Assembly (NCBI GenBank): GCA_937625935.1
Contig: OW569377.1
Location: 248,001 to 312,000 of the forward strand
Direction: 5' to 3'
DNA from: Tetramitus jugosus
Lineage: Eukaryota > Protista > Heterolobosea
DNA: 64,000 nucleotides
Shown in pieces: positions 30,805 to 42,547 of this stretch (position 1 is the first letter of the stretch; each line of letters opens with the position of its first letter). The notes below the pieces were generated by a model. The model worked only from the letters and a program-made list of their open reading frames with translations. It ran no database searches and had not been told where the DNA came from. A program made the translations under genes and the position numbers.

Positions 30805-33800
30805 CTACTGTGTCGAGATATCACTTAAGTTCTTGGCTCTTTTCTTTCTTGCTTGTTCTTCTCTTTGTTGGTTTTCCTCCCTAGCTCTTCTAAACTTGTT
30901 GATGAAATCGACAAGCAATAGGAAGAAACTATCGTTATCACCATTGGTCTCCTTCTCAAAATGATAGTATGATATTGTTTCTTCGTAAATTGTTTCACAA
31001 ATTTGACTTACATCTCTTAGGTACTCCATCTGATCAGCAGCAGAGTTGCTTGCTTCTTTGAGTGTTTCAAGGAACTTGAAATCTACACTGGTACCAACTG
31101 AAAGATAGTACTTGTATTCGGATTGCAAATGGGAGGCATGCTGTTCAAATTGTTTCAATAGTGGTACTAAAGAATTGAAACTAACTTTCGAACTCTGAGT
31201 AACCAACTCTTCGAACTTACCATCAAAGCACGAGAGAACATCAGAATCTTTTTCATTAATTCTTTGCACCAGGTAGTGCAACAGAGATTTGGTTTTGCCA
31301 CTTTGACTATTTGCCTTTGTATCGGCTAGCTTCGGGAGAATATCTAGCTTGAATCCTTTCACATTGGCAATAGCGCCTCTCCCTTCATTCATCACTCTAC
31401 CGTAGACCAACACGTACTGGAGAATCTTTTTCAAACCTTCACTGCTCTTCACTGCTTCACAAGCAGATATTTTCACTTGGATTTTTTCTGTTAACTTCTC
31501 CAAGAGTTCGGGCATAGTTTGCATATAAATTCTCGTTTCTACCTGTTGCTGAAACCTAACTTTGCGAATAAAAGTGCAAAGCCATTGTTCTGTTTTTGGA
31601 AGAGACGAGTACGATTGAATGCCTGCCTTCAGTAGCTTTTTCTTTTCATCTGCGCTTACACCGGTGATGAACTGATGAAGATTAATAAGTTGACTCAAAT
31701 CCATGGGAGCGAACTCTTGTATAGCTTTCACAATTTCATGTGGATCCTGAACATTCCTGAATTGGGAAGCAAACACGATGCTCATATTTCGATTCAAGTT
31801 GGATGATAACACGGATATTTCTGTGGAGGCTTTTGTTGTCTTTTTAGGCATAGGTACTGAGCTGGTTTGAGCAAATATTTCCTTGAATTCGTCCAAATTA
31901 TCTAGTATACTATGCTCTGGATCTAAGAGTTCCGACCAAACAGAATTATTACTAGTATCTTTAACAGGGGCCCAATTCAGTCTTTTCATTATTTTCTTTT
32001 GCTCAGTCAGTTTAATCGAAGGGTGTACTGCATTTGGTGGAAGCATCGTTGAGAAAGGAGGTGGTGGAGGTGGTGGGCAAAAAGAGTGCGGCAGTGGTGG
32101 AGGAAGTGGTGCTCCGAATGATGACATAGGAGGTGGTGGAGGTGGAGGGAACGTAACCGATGCGTCTGAGGGATTGAAAACAGGTAGAGGTGGTGGAGGA
32201 GGAGCATTATTGCTGATATTGAGGACTTCTTCGTTGTGGAGTTCTGGCATTTCGGAAGCTCCTTTTTCTGCTTGTTGTGGAGTCACTATCGAAGGTACTT
32301 CCCAGTTTGCTGCTTCTATTTTGTTGGATCCTTTCCATTGGATGCCATATTGTTGAAATTTATAGGAAGCACTGGTGTATTTCGCATCAAAACGTTCCTC
32401 ATCTGGGACTTTTCGCAAATTAATTCCAACTCCATGAATTTTAATCTTGTATTCTTCATTCACCTTTCTCATCTCACTCTTGTGGTTTTCATTCCTCACA
32501 TGAGCAAGTCTAACTTGGTTCTTGGTATCTCCTCCCAAATTAAGGTAGTGATGAGGACATTGTTTCAAGTATTTTTCAACCTCTGAACGATAATTCTGTA
32601 TCTTCATGTTCACAACGACCTTCCCCTCTTCAGTTCGACTTGTAGACATATTCTCCTTCAAACATATTCGCATTATAAATGATTTTGGAATAGTAGGAGG
32701 AGGATTGTGAAGCGAGGTTGGTGATGTATTCTTCGCCCCCACCAGATTATCAATCCAATCCAATTCACTTCTTCTTGCGACAAGTTCTAATACATTGGTT
32801 CGATCCTCCTCATGTCGAGAAAACATAGGATTGAACGTATAGCGAAACACTTTGGTAAATTGATCCCTAACAACCCAGTAACAGGAAAACACAAAATCGC
32901 CTAAAATTCGAACTGGATGAACCGTGTCGTAGTGGTACCAAATCTCTCCTGTTGCTTCGTCCACAGTGACTCCATTATGAGTATTTGGCCCTCTCATTGC
33001 ATTGAGATAAGACGGGTGGGCTTGTTGGTAGAATCCACTATGAATCTCTCGATCGTTTTGGGAGATAATAAAATATAGTTTTCCTCCCTTACCGACAGTT
33101 TCTGAAACAGCGTCTTCTAATTGACCAAAGCTTCGTGAATTATTAGGAACAATACGCGTATTAAATGATATCCTTTCCAAAGTATACTCTGTGACAAACG
33201 GAGTAGGTGTTTGAATTAGAATATTGAAGAAATTGGCATATCGCTTGAGCGAGGGTGTAATATTTTCAATCACCCCAGGGGAGATGTAATGACGCTTGAC
33301 TACATTGTCTATCATCTCGTCGTGCAACAGTTCAAGAAATCTACCAATGCAAGATTCTCCTCCCAAGAATTCCATCAAACAAGAAACAAATAAGAGTGCA
33401 TAGTAGATATTATCAATCGTGCAATAAAACACGATAGCTGTCGATTTCGAGGAGGAGCTGTCGGTGCTACTAAACGAGATGGATGATTGTTCATCTTCTT
33501 CATCTTCGATTCTCTCATTTGCTTGCTCGCCATCCTCGTTCTGTTCCTCGTCATCCTCCTCATTTGTCTCTTCATCACTATCATCGAGTGTAGAGGATTG
33601 GTTGCTTGATTCACTCGACAAGTAACTATAAAGAGTCGAGCACAATTGAAGCATATTCACAATTTGTTCGAAATGGAAGTAAGTCGATACTCCATACTCA
33701 ATAATGGACAAATTGGGCTGGAATGTTTCGAACGCTGTTTTAGTAAAGTTTACACAAACAATTTGGTCGAACTCACATTCATATTTAGAAGTCAACCAGT

Positions 33801-34031
33801 CTACAATCTTTGTTCGATGTTCCTTTTGCGAGTTGCCCACATTTTCATCATAAATTACTAAACAAAGAATTAGGTGTGAATGACACTATCAAAGCAAATT
33901 CACTAAGTATGAAACTCTTGATACTTACAATCAAATCCATTGGCAAAATTGTAGCACACAGGCTCCTGGAATGGAATTGGAAGGAGAGAGGCATTACTCT
34001 TTGATCTACCGAACCATCCAAACATATTCAT
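30805..34031 (-). CDS. Formin with N-terminal PTEN/tensin-like phosphatase and C2 domains, FH1 and FH2; one short 5' intron (~33858-33928)
   Basis: Poly-proline FH1; FH2 motifs MKRLNW, SVWSEL, YVLVYGRVMN...GFKLDILPKLADTK, SLLHYL; PTEN-like PSLKRYANFF and C2-like GDFVFSCY..VFRYTFNP.F. Confidence 0.88.
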
Positions 34032-34220
34032 AGTCGAGTAAAAGTTTTTGGTTGTGTTTTTCTCGATAGATATCTTGAGGCCAAGAAAATTGCAACTTCC
34101 TCTATTTGTGAGCTCTCACCAATTTGGAAAACGGTCTCAATCTTTGTAGATGCCCGCGCCAAAAAAAACAGAGGTAACATTTCTATGTAGGCCATTCGGT
34201 GGCTACACCTCGCTGCTTAT

Positions 34221-36173
34221 TTATTTTTTGGTCTTCTTGCCCGATGGCTTTTTGGATGACTTGCTGGTTGAAGGGTTGGACTTCTTTGTGTTCTTTGCTT
34301 GCTTGTTTGGTTTCTTTCCCTTCTTGTCATTCTCTCTCTTTCTCTTTGTTCCGCTGTTCTTTGAAGCGAGAGCATCGTCTCTCGATATCTTTCCTGATCG
34401 GATGTCCTTCTCCATCCTCAATCGAGTGTTTCTCTGCTGCAGTTTCTTCACGTTATCCAATGCAAATTCAACAATCAACCTTCTGCTGTCGTCGACCTTG
34501 TCCTTCTTCACTCTCTTCTTCTCAAACACACCAGGGTTGTTGTTGATGGCCCGAAGTGCTGCCAAAGCGTGTTCATGTTTTTCAAACTCAACAAATCCAT
34601 AGCCTCTTGAAGGTGGGTTACCAGCCGCATCAATATGCTTCGAGTTCTTATCCCTCTCGATTCTGCTGTATTTAACCTTTGGAGGTCCGACAGATGTATC
34701 ATCTTTCACCTCAGCGTGCCTCAGGAACAACTCCTTCAATTGTTTGTCAGTCATGGTCTTTGGTAGATTCTGAACAGACAATCTCGTCCGTGAAATATGG
34801 TAGATTGGATTGTTTAGCTTTTGCATCTTTGTTTCATAATTCTTTTGAATCTTCTCCAAGTGCTTTGGTGGCAGCGTAGCGGCAATAGGTGATGACTTTG
34901 GAACATAACCTTCCTCAGCCAGATACAGATTACGTCTATCCTTCTCCTCCATCTTAATCTTCTCCATTTGTTCCTTCTTCTTTGATGCCTCATCTCTGCT
35001 GATTGCACGTGAAATGATTGGATGTCTTCCCTCGAGTTCCAACTTTTCAATCGATCCCTGAATGCTCTGTGCATCCACGTGATGATCCATTTGCTTCAAC
35101 TTTTGTTCAAACTTTGGCGACTTTGAAATGGTTTCCAAATTCTTCAATCTCTGCTCCATTTCAACATCCTTCATCACACTGTCTGCTGATTCCTTCTTCT
35201 CAAACAGGACGAATGCCGTACCGTTCGAAAGATTCAAAAACTCCTTGTGAGGCATCACAGTTACCTTCTCCACTGCTCCATAATAATACGAAAACATATC
35301 TACAATATCGTCGACTTCGACATCGAATGGAAGATTTCTAATAAACAATGTTCTTTCATAATCAGGTCCCTTGTTCTTCTTTGGGTGCTTCTTCTTTTTG
35401 GAAGCTGCATCATCATCTTCGTCATCATTCTCACCCTTCTCCAGAATCGAATTGATACGATCGGACAAATCTCCATCTCCGCCCAAATCATTCATTTCTC
35501 CTTCTTCGTCTTCATCATCTTCGTCATCGAGACTATTCTTTGCAGATTCAATAGCCAATCGCATAATGTCATTCGCTGCTTCATCTTCCTCCTTTTCTTC
35601 TTCAGAAACGTCCTTCTTGTTCGATTTCTTTTGTTGCTTCTTATTTTTTGCGCCGTCATTCTTATCGGATGATGCTGATTTTGACACTTCCGTATTGTTG
35701 CCATCCTTGAGCTTCAAATATTCATCTCTGCTCTTCTTCATGGAACAAGAAAATTTCTTCTTTTTGGATAAATCAACCACAGCTCTCTTTGCCTTCTTCA
35801 TCATCTTAAACTCAATAAAGGCGTATCCCTTGATTCGATCATTGACACTTGGACACTTGATGTTCACAATTTTTCCATAGTATCCAAACTCTTTTTCCAA
35901 CAAGGCTAATGTCTGTTTTGTCGACAAGTTCTTATCAAGTTTACTGACAACAATTGTTTTTTGTTCTTTAATCTCTTCAACGGTCACTATAGTAGAGAGA
36001 AATTTGTGAGTAAGTAAAATATGATAAAATTGACATGTAAAGATCAAATATATACTTTTTCTCTTTTTGCCGTTTTCAGTGATTGTTGTTGTGGTGTTAT
36101 CCATTGTTTCATCTTCTTCCTCTTCTTCGTTGTGAGGTTCAACTTCCCTCTTGGTTTTTCTATTGAGTAGCAT
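34221..36173 (-). CDS. Nucleolar multi-RRM protein, RBM28/Nop4-like
   Basis: RRMs with KGYAFIEF, TLFIRNLPF, RLSVQNLPK..RGYGFVEF..HEHALAALRAINNNP, RLIVEFA; DRRNLYLAEEG. Probable in-frame intron near 35990-36055. Confidence 0.88.
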   Translation of the reverse strand: MLLNRKTKREVEPHNEEEEEDETMDNTTTTITENGKKRKSIYLIFTCQFYHILLTHKFLSTIVTVEEIKEQKTIVVSKLDKNLSTKQTLALLEKEFGYYGKIVNIKCPSVNDRIKGYAFIEFKMMKKAKRAVVDLSKKKKFSCSMKKSRDEYLKLKDGNNTEVSKSASSDKNDGAKNKKQQKKSNKKDVSEEEKEEDEAANDIMRLAIESAKNSLDDEDDEDEEGEMNDLGGDGDLSDRINSILEKGENDDEDDDAASKKKKHPKKNKGPDYERTLFIRNLPFDVEVDDIVDMFSYYYGAVEKVTVMPHKEFLNLSNGTAFVLFEKKESADSVMKDVEMEQRLKNLETISKSPKFEQKLKQMDHHVDAQSIQGSIEKLELEGRHPIISRAISRDEASKKKEQMEKIKMEEKDRRNLYLAEEGYVPKSSPIAATLPPKHLEKIQKNYETKMQKLNNPIYHISRTRLSVQNLPKTMTDKQLKELFLRHAEVKDDTSVGPPKVKYSRIERDKNSKHIDAAGNPPSRGYGFVEFEKHEHALAALRAINNNPGVFEKKRVKKDKVDDSRRLIVEFALDNVKKLQQRNTRLRMEKDIRSGKISRDDALASKNSGTKRKRENDKKGKKPNKQAKNTKKSNPSTSKSSKKPSGKKTKK

Positions 36174-36502
36174 GTGTGTTGGATGTGATGTGCGTGATAG
36201 CTTTTTGCTTGTTGTGTTCGTCACGATATTGAATGCATTTTCCCGACCTTGTTTCACATTTTTTTGGCGGCGGAATACATGTTTCGATTGAAGGGTCAAT
36301 AGATTAGATGAAAATTCAAGCATTCTAAAAACGGCATCGGAGTTGCTGGAATACCAACAATGGCGTCTGTCTGGAACTGGGAATCGAAGGAAGAGCTGTC
36401 AAACCCTGTGGAATAAAGGATAATCTGTTGCCCTCGATTTACTTTTTCAAAACAAACAAAACATAGAAATCTTATATAATATATTAGACCATTCACTCAA
36501 GA

Positions 36503-37864
36503 ATGTCCACACTTACTACCGCCAACATCAAGGTGAACTATCAAGGCCAGATCAGAAGATTGACTCTGGAGAACCAACCAAACATGTACCATACCTTAAT
36601 GGAACAAATCTTTGCCCTTTATCAATTGAATGAAGAAGCATATCCACTCTGCTCCGTCCAGTACTATGACGAGGACAAGGATTTGATTTCAGTGTTGTCT
36701 GACAATGAACTGTTGACTGCCATCAAGGTTCAAACTGAAGTTATGGGTCAGAGCACTTTGAACCTCATTTTCAACGCACCATCCGCTGATTCTATTGCGA
36801 CTCACAGCTCTGTTGAGCAAGAGGAGAGCAACGAGGTTGCTCAAGAGATTCGAGCACTTGAGAATTTGCGTATTGCTGAGCCATCTGCGCCAGCATTGAG
36901 CTCTTCTGATTCATCTGACGAAGACGGCACTTATTCCAGTGATTTATCCAGCTCTGATTCTGATGTTGAGTCCGAGTTGGAGAACCTCAAGAAGCGCAAA
37001 AGATTGTTGAAAGTCCAGTTCAAAACTGATATCAAGTTGAGAAGAATGCAGTTCAAGCAAGACATGAAATCTTTGAAAGATGAGATGAGACAAAAGTGTC
37101 AAGAGAGTTGTGGAGAAGAATATGACAATTTGATGGACTTGAAGAAGATCAGAAAGCAGAAGGAGAGAGAGTTGAGAGATGAATTGAAGGAGTGCCACAA
37201 GGCTGGAAAGTTCCTTCAAAAGATGGAAAAGAAAAAGAAGAAGGAAGCATTCAAAAGATGTAGAAGAGCTTCCAAGTCCGTCTTCTTTGACATCAGAGAG
37301 AACAGTTGGCCATCTCATCTCACCAATTTGATCATTGATGCGGAAAGTATGCTTGTATCTACCAAGGCAATGAGCAGATTGACCAAGAGTGAGGAGTTCA
37401 CTCGTGCTGCTTGCAAGATTTTGGCAAAGATCTTGGCTAAATTTCATTACAGTATGAAGGACAAGCCTTTGCAACGAACTCAATTGTTGTTCAATGACCA
37501 GAAATTGGCATCATTGGTGGAGGAGATCTTGAAGCAAAACTCTTCTCTCTACCCTCAGAGCACTATTCAAGTGATCAGTGCCAAGCCTGCAAAGTCTGGT
37601 GGAGTTGAGGAGTTGGTACCAACTCTTGTTAGAGAGCTAACAGCTAATGATGCAGTTCAATCAACTCTCATTGTCACAGACAACAAGAACGTGCTCAAGT
37701 CATTGAAGGCCACTGAAGCCATTTGTGTTTCTTCTAAGCCAATGATCAAGTACATGTTTTCCACAATTGACGTCGAAGTCCAAGGCAAGTCTCGCTTCAA
37801 GTTCTTTGCTTGGGTCAATCAAGAGTGCGCCAGACTTGGAGTTTCTCCAGCCAAATGCAAGTAA
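36503..37864 (+). CDS. PB1-domain protein with Lys-rich coiled coil and possible degenerate NYN/PIN-like C-terminal domain
   Basis: IKVNYQGQIRRL...VQYYDEDKDLISVLSDNELLTA (PB1 OPCA); C-terminal LIIDAESML...TLIVTDNKNVL. Confidence 0.7.
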   Translation: MSTLTTANIKVNYQGQIRRLTLENQPNMYHTLMEQIFALYQLNEEAYPLCSVQYYDEDKDLISVLSDNELLTAIKVQTEVMGQSTLNLIFNAPSADSIATHSSVEQEESNEVAQEIRALENLRIAEPSAPALSSSDSSDEDGTYSSDLSSSDSDVESELENLKKRKRLLKVQFKTDIKLRRMQFKQDMKSLKDEMRQKCQESCGEEYDNLMDLKKIRKQKERELRDELKECHKAGKFLQKMEKKKKKEAFKRCRRASKSVFFDIRENSWPSHLTNLIIDAESMLVSTKAMSRLTKSEEFTRAACKILAKILAKFHYSMKDKPLQRTQLLFNDQKLASLVEEILKQNSSLYPQSTIQVISAKPAKSGGVEELVPTLVRELTANDAVQSTLIVTDNKNVLKSLKATEAICVSSKPMIKYMFSTIDVEVQGKSRFKFFAWVNQECARLGVSPAKCK

Positions 37865-38106
37865 ATGCCAATGCTAGGAAACGTTGTATTCATAAGTATT
37901 TTAATTACGTATGATAGATGGAAATTAGAATACTTATGACTGCATGGTTAACAGCAAAAATAAAAAAGTTTCAACAACTATCAAAAAGCACAAAAGCTTT
38001 GTGTAGAAGTTCATTTCTTCTCTGAAATTCCGTACATAGTCAACCAATGACCAATAATACCCAAAACCACTGCTCTTGGATGATCATACTAGGTTCCGAG
38101 CCAAAA

Positions 38107-38225
38107 GCCTACATTACTGAGGGTTCTCGAGTAGTCTCCTATCTCAATACTAACTCAGCCAGATGGTGCTTAACTTCTCTATTCGAAATGGGAAGAGGTG
38201 GTTCCACCATTGTATGAACGTAGAC
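38107..38225 (-). rRNA. 5S rRNA gene (copy 2)
   Basis: Identical to 23434-23552; different flanks; TTTT terminator. Confidence 0.93.
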
Positions 38226-38814
38226 ATTCATTAAGGAAATTGGAGCTATCTATTTTCCGAGACACCTCTCATTGTTTGCACGGATAGACTAGGCTGTCTG
38301 ATTCACTGTTTCTCCCGCCAATCGCTGACTGCTGAAGAGAAATGAGACAATGAGGGGTTCAGCTGCGAATGAACGAGTAAAACTTTAAAGTTAATGTTGT
38401 TGGAGAATCGAACGAGTAGATCCCGAACTGGCGTTTCTTTGGACGGCTTGTCCGAATCTTATCTCACACATCAAATCACACGCCAAAAGAATTTGTCCAT
38501 TACCCCGAGCACCCACCCAAAAATCCTGCCAGATACATGTTTTGAGATAATCTAGATCTGCACTTCACTAACAAAACACACAAAGAAGAATCGACGTCCT
38601 CTTCTCCTTAACCACCTCTTTGTTTCCCTACACTCTTTGCTACTCTTAGACATTGGTATCTTGAGCTCTGATTCTTTTTTTGTGAATCGCGAAAAGATCG
38701 CCCAAATCGAACCATCCGCTCCCAACCAAGGAGGACACATTTTTTTCTCAGCAATACCATTGTTCAAAAACAACAAACAACATCAGCAGCATCACCAACA
38801 TCAAAAGATAGACA

Positions 38815-41800
38815 ATGTCTGATAGAAAATGTCCTCGAAATTGTAGTATGCCTAATTGTTTGAATCACTGTGAAATGGTTCATTGTCGTCATCCAGACGA
38901 TATTGATGATGGCGATGGTGATGATGAAGTCATTGTTCACATGTGCCCCAAAGAACACAAGTGCTCTCATACTTGTCAGAATGGTGGTTATTGTCGAGTT
39001 GATTCTCCGAGTGCATCTACGGCGGCAAATTCTTCTTCAGCCTCTGGAACGACAACATCATCGAGTATGAAACAAGAGGGATATGTGTTGCCATGGTACG
39101 TACATTGTTGTTTTTTTGATTTCGAAGCTTTTAAATATTGACAACATTGATTTTTTTGTTGTTGTGTGAATCATGATTTTTCTGCCATGATGATCCATCT
39201 ACAGTGCCATTGGGTTGAAGCCGTATCAGAGAGACCATCCATCTCCACATCAGTGCACTCCTCAAATTGTAAATAACAATCATAAGAATAATAGCTCCAC
39301 CAAGAAACAATGGCATTCCTGTACAGCAAGATGTCCTAGTTGTTTGACACTGTGCTCGTTGGAGTATGGTCATGAGGGACTTCATGACACAAAGCACGGT
39401 CAAATTATCAACAGTATGTTTGTGACGAATGCGAGAGCTACGAGCAGAGAAGTCGATATTCAATATTTGCATCCAAAGACGAAACAGCAGCGCTCCATGA
39501 AATTTTATGAGAATCAGGACGGAACAAAGTTTACGTGCGACATGTATTGTCGAGTGCTAGGCAGAGGACACACGCATTTGATACAGTGTAGTCACAAGCA
39601 TCCAAAGCCTCAATTGTCATCGAACAATGGTAATGCTTCCAAAACTACCAATCATACCAATAATAATAATAGCAATAGCAATGGTGGTACGGGGTCGCCA
39701 GTGCCTGAAGACGATGAAACGTGTCCCTATGATGGCGAATTGTCGTTTATGGCCATGGGTAGAAGACACAATATGAAAATGAGTCAACCAAGTAGAAATC
39801 GATTGATTGATGAGCTGCGCCATGATAAATTTTGGGAGTTGTGTGGTTTTGTGGATCCAACACTAGGAAAGGAGTTTGTGACAGAGGAAATGATTAAAAG
39901 CTTCAATCTTTGCCGAGTGACTTCAAAGCATAAACAATTGGGCAATCATAATCAAGCATGCTCTCAGCATGGTGAAAACTATTGTACGAGACATGTGAAT
40001 CATGATTCCCTGGATGTGTTCTCACCAAATTACTTGGAAGATATTTCACTGTTGGCTGAGCGCTTCTCCTCAGGTGGACTCTCACCATCCGGTCATCATT
40101 TTTCATATTCATATGCCTACCATCACTATATTCTCGTCGATGCTTCGAAGAATATGTCACAGGACGACATTATTCCTTCTCTCAAGCTTTTTGCTCCGAG
40201 TACGGCATCAACCATCTCTTCAGGTACACCGCACGATTTTATCCAATACTATAATCGAATGGGTCACGCTTGTGAGATTGTTCTTCGCTATTTACACGTT
40301 CGATACAAGTTGAACTCTCAGGACAGATTTACGGTCATTGCCTTCAACAAAAAATCAGCTCAAGTGCTGATTGAAGATGAAACCATGCAATACTTTTATT
40401 CGTTCATAGATTTGATGCTAGAACGAGTGAAACAATCTGACAAGATTGGATTTAAGAATGGCTTTGATAAGCTGTTTGAGCTTTTGCAAAAGCACTCACC
40501 AAGCAACATGTCCATGAAGCTCCAGCCAAAGGTACTCCTTGTTTCAGGTGGTAAGATGGAGGTTCGAAAGAAGACCACTTCAGTGAGCGGTGCTCCAAAG
40601 TGGCATTCTCTTCGTTTGAAAAGAAATGATTCGAAAACCATGTCAAACATCCAAAACAAAGCAGAGTTTGTCCTATCCAAGGTAGTGTCTCACTTAAATG
40701 AGCAACATCATGCTTTATACGGTGACCAATACTTCTCTCCTGAGGAATCAGCTCATTTCACAATTGTGAAAGTTGGTGTTATGGGCAATGATTCCAGATT
40801 GAAACAATTTTTAGTTGTCGGACGAGAAGCAATGACTATGATCGACTCAGGAATCATGCAAGTTCAATTAGAGAATGACTATTATTTGGAAATGCAGAAA
40901 ATGAACTCTCATAATCAGATAACACTCGAATCGGACAATCCAAAGACCCAAACAACATTGGGATTGCAAACTGTTGCATCAAAGCTTGTCTCTCGTGTAA
41001 TTGGAGATCTCTTATTGCCTTTTGAGAAGCAATGTGAGTTGAATGAAAATATCAGAGGATCCAACGGTGGCCTGCTTGTCAAAACACACATGCACCAAGT
41101 CGATGAGCGAAAGCAACAAGATTTGACTGAGAAGCAATTGAAATCACTCGCTGAGAGAGACAACTTGGCCAGAGAAATTTTGACAACTGAGCGATCCTAT
41201 GTTACTAGTTTGGCTAAGTTAATCGAATTATATTATTTCCCTCTGTCCAAACAGCTCACACACTTGATGTCTGACTCTGATCGATCTAAGATATTCTCTG
41301 GTTTGTTAAACATTTACAAGCTACACAAGACGTTGATCGAAAAGGTTGAAGAGCGATTGAGTCGATGGAACGATACACAAAAGATTGGTGACATTTTCTA
41401 CGAGTTGTCCCCAATGTTTATGGTGTACACACAGTTTACAACCAAATACGAGATGGCAATTGAGACCTTTACTCAACAGAATAAGAGTCTGATGAATAAC
41501 TTCTTATACATGAGAAGAAAGGATCCATATGCACATCACCATACACTCAATTCCTTCTTAATTATGCCTATTCAGAGAATTCCGAGATATAAGATGTTGC
41601 TAGAAGGATTGTTGAAGCACACAGAGGAAACACATCCTGATAGAGCCAGTCTTGTGCAAGCTGTTGCAGAGATGGGCAATATTGCAGATTACTTGAATAG
41701 TAAGATCAGAGAACGTCAAAACTTCCACAAGATGAAATTAATTGCACAAAAGATTATCGGTGTGAAGGATCTTATATTACCGAATCGTCGATACCTGAGT

Positions 41801-42295
41801 GAATTTGTTGTAAGACAACGATTGAACAGCCAAATGGTTGAGGAATGTATCCTATTTCTGTTCAATGATTTGGTTTTGCACTGCGTTCAGAAGGTGGATG
41901 AACTTCCATCTGCTCGCTCGAGTGGTAAGCGATCTCTGTCACTCAGAAGAAGTACTCTAACTTTGACCAAGTCAAGAAGTATGACAACAATTGCTGATAA
42001 TGCTGGCACAGACAACAACGACATCGATATTATGGGAATCCTAGAGGATGATAACTCTGGTATCACATATGAAGCCAGATACGCCTTTACACTATCCTAT
42101 CTGCAGGTTCATCCTATGAACTTTTCCAAAACAGGAGATGTTCAATCACGATTCCAAGTACAATACAATCATCCATCCGTGGTACCACAAACGATAGAGT
42201 ACATCACAAATAGTGAAGAGGAAAAGACGAAGATTGTGACTCTCTTGAACGAGTCCATTGCCGAGGAAGTGAAACGTAACCATAACGCACTCTAG
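38815..42295 (+). CDS. RhoGEF (DH-PH) with N-terminal Cys/His-rich region and VWA-like domain; intron 39096-39204
   Basis: DH: EILTTERSYV..L, LIMPIQRIPRYKMLL..LLKHT...HPD; PH: LFLFNDLVL; VWA-like YILVDASKNM...DRFTVIAFN; Cys-rich CTARCPSC...C.L.YGH.GLHDT.HG. Confidence 0.85.
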
Positions 42296-42547
42296 CATTC
42301 CAACTGAGCCATATCCATCCCAGAGATGTCCATGAACAACCACTATTTATTCAGTCCAAACCTCAGGACTACAACTCCTTTACATTGTTCAATCATTTGC
42401 TTGAACCGACCAAATTCCGATCGGAATAAAACCAAAATTTTCGTGATCAAATTCCTGAAGCCACATTTAAGCTTTCCTGTTTCATGGCGCCACACAAACC
42501 AAACACCACAAAAACACCCAAAGCAAACAAGCAACAAAAACAAGCAA

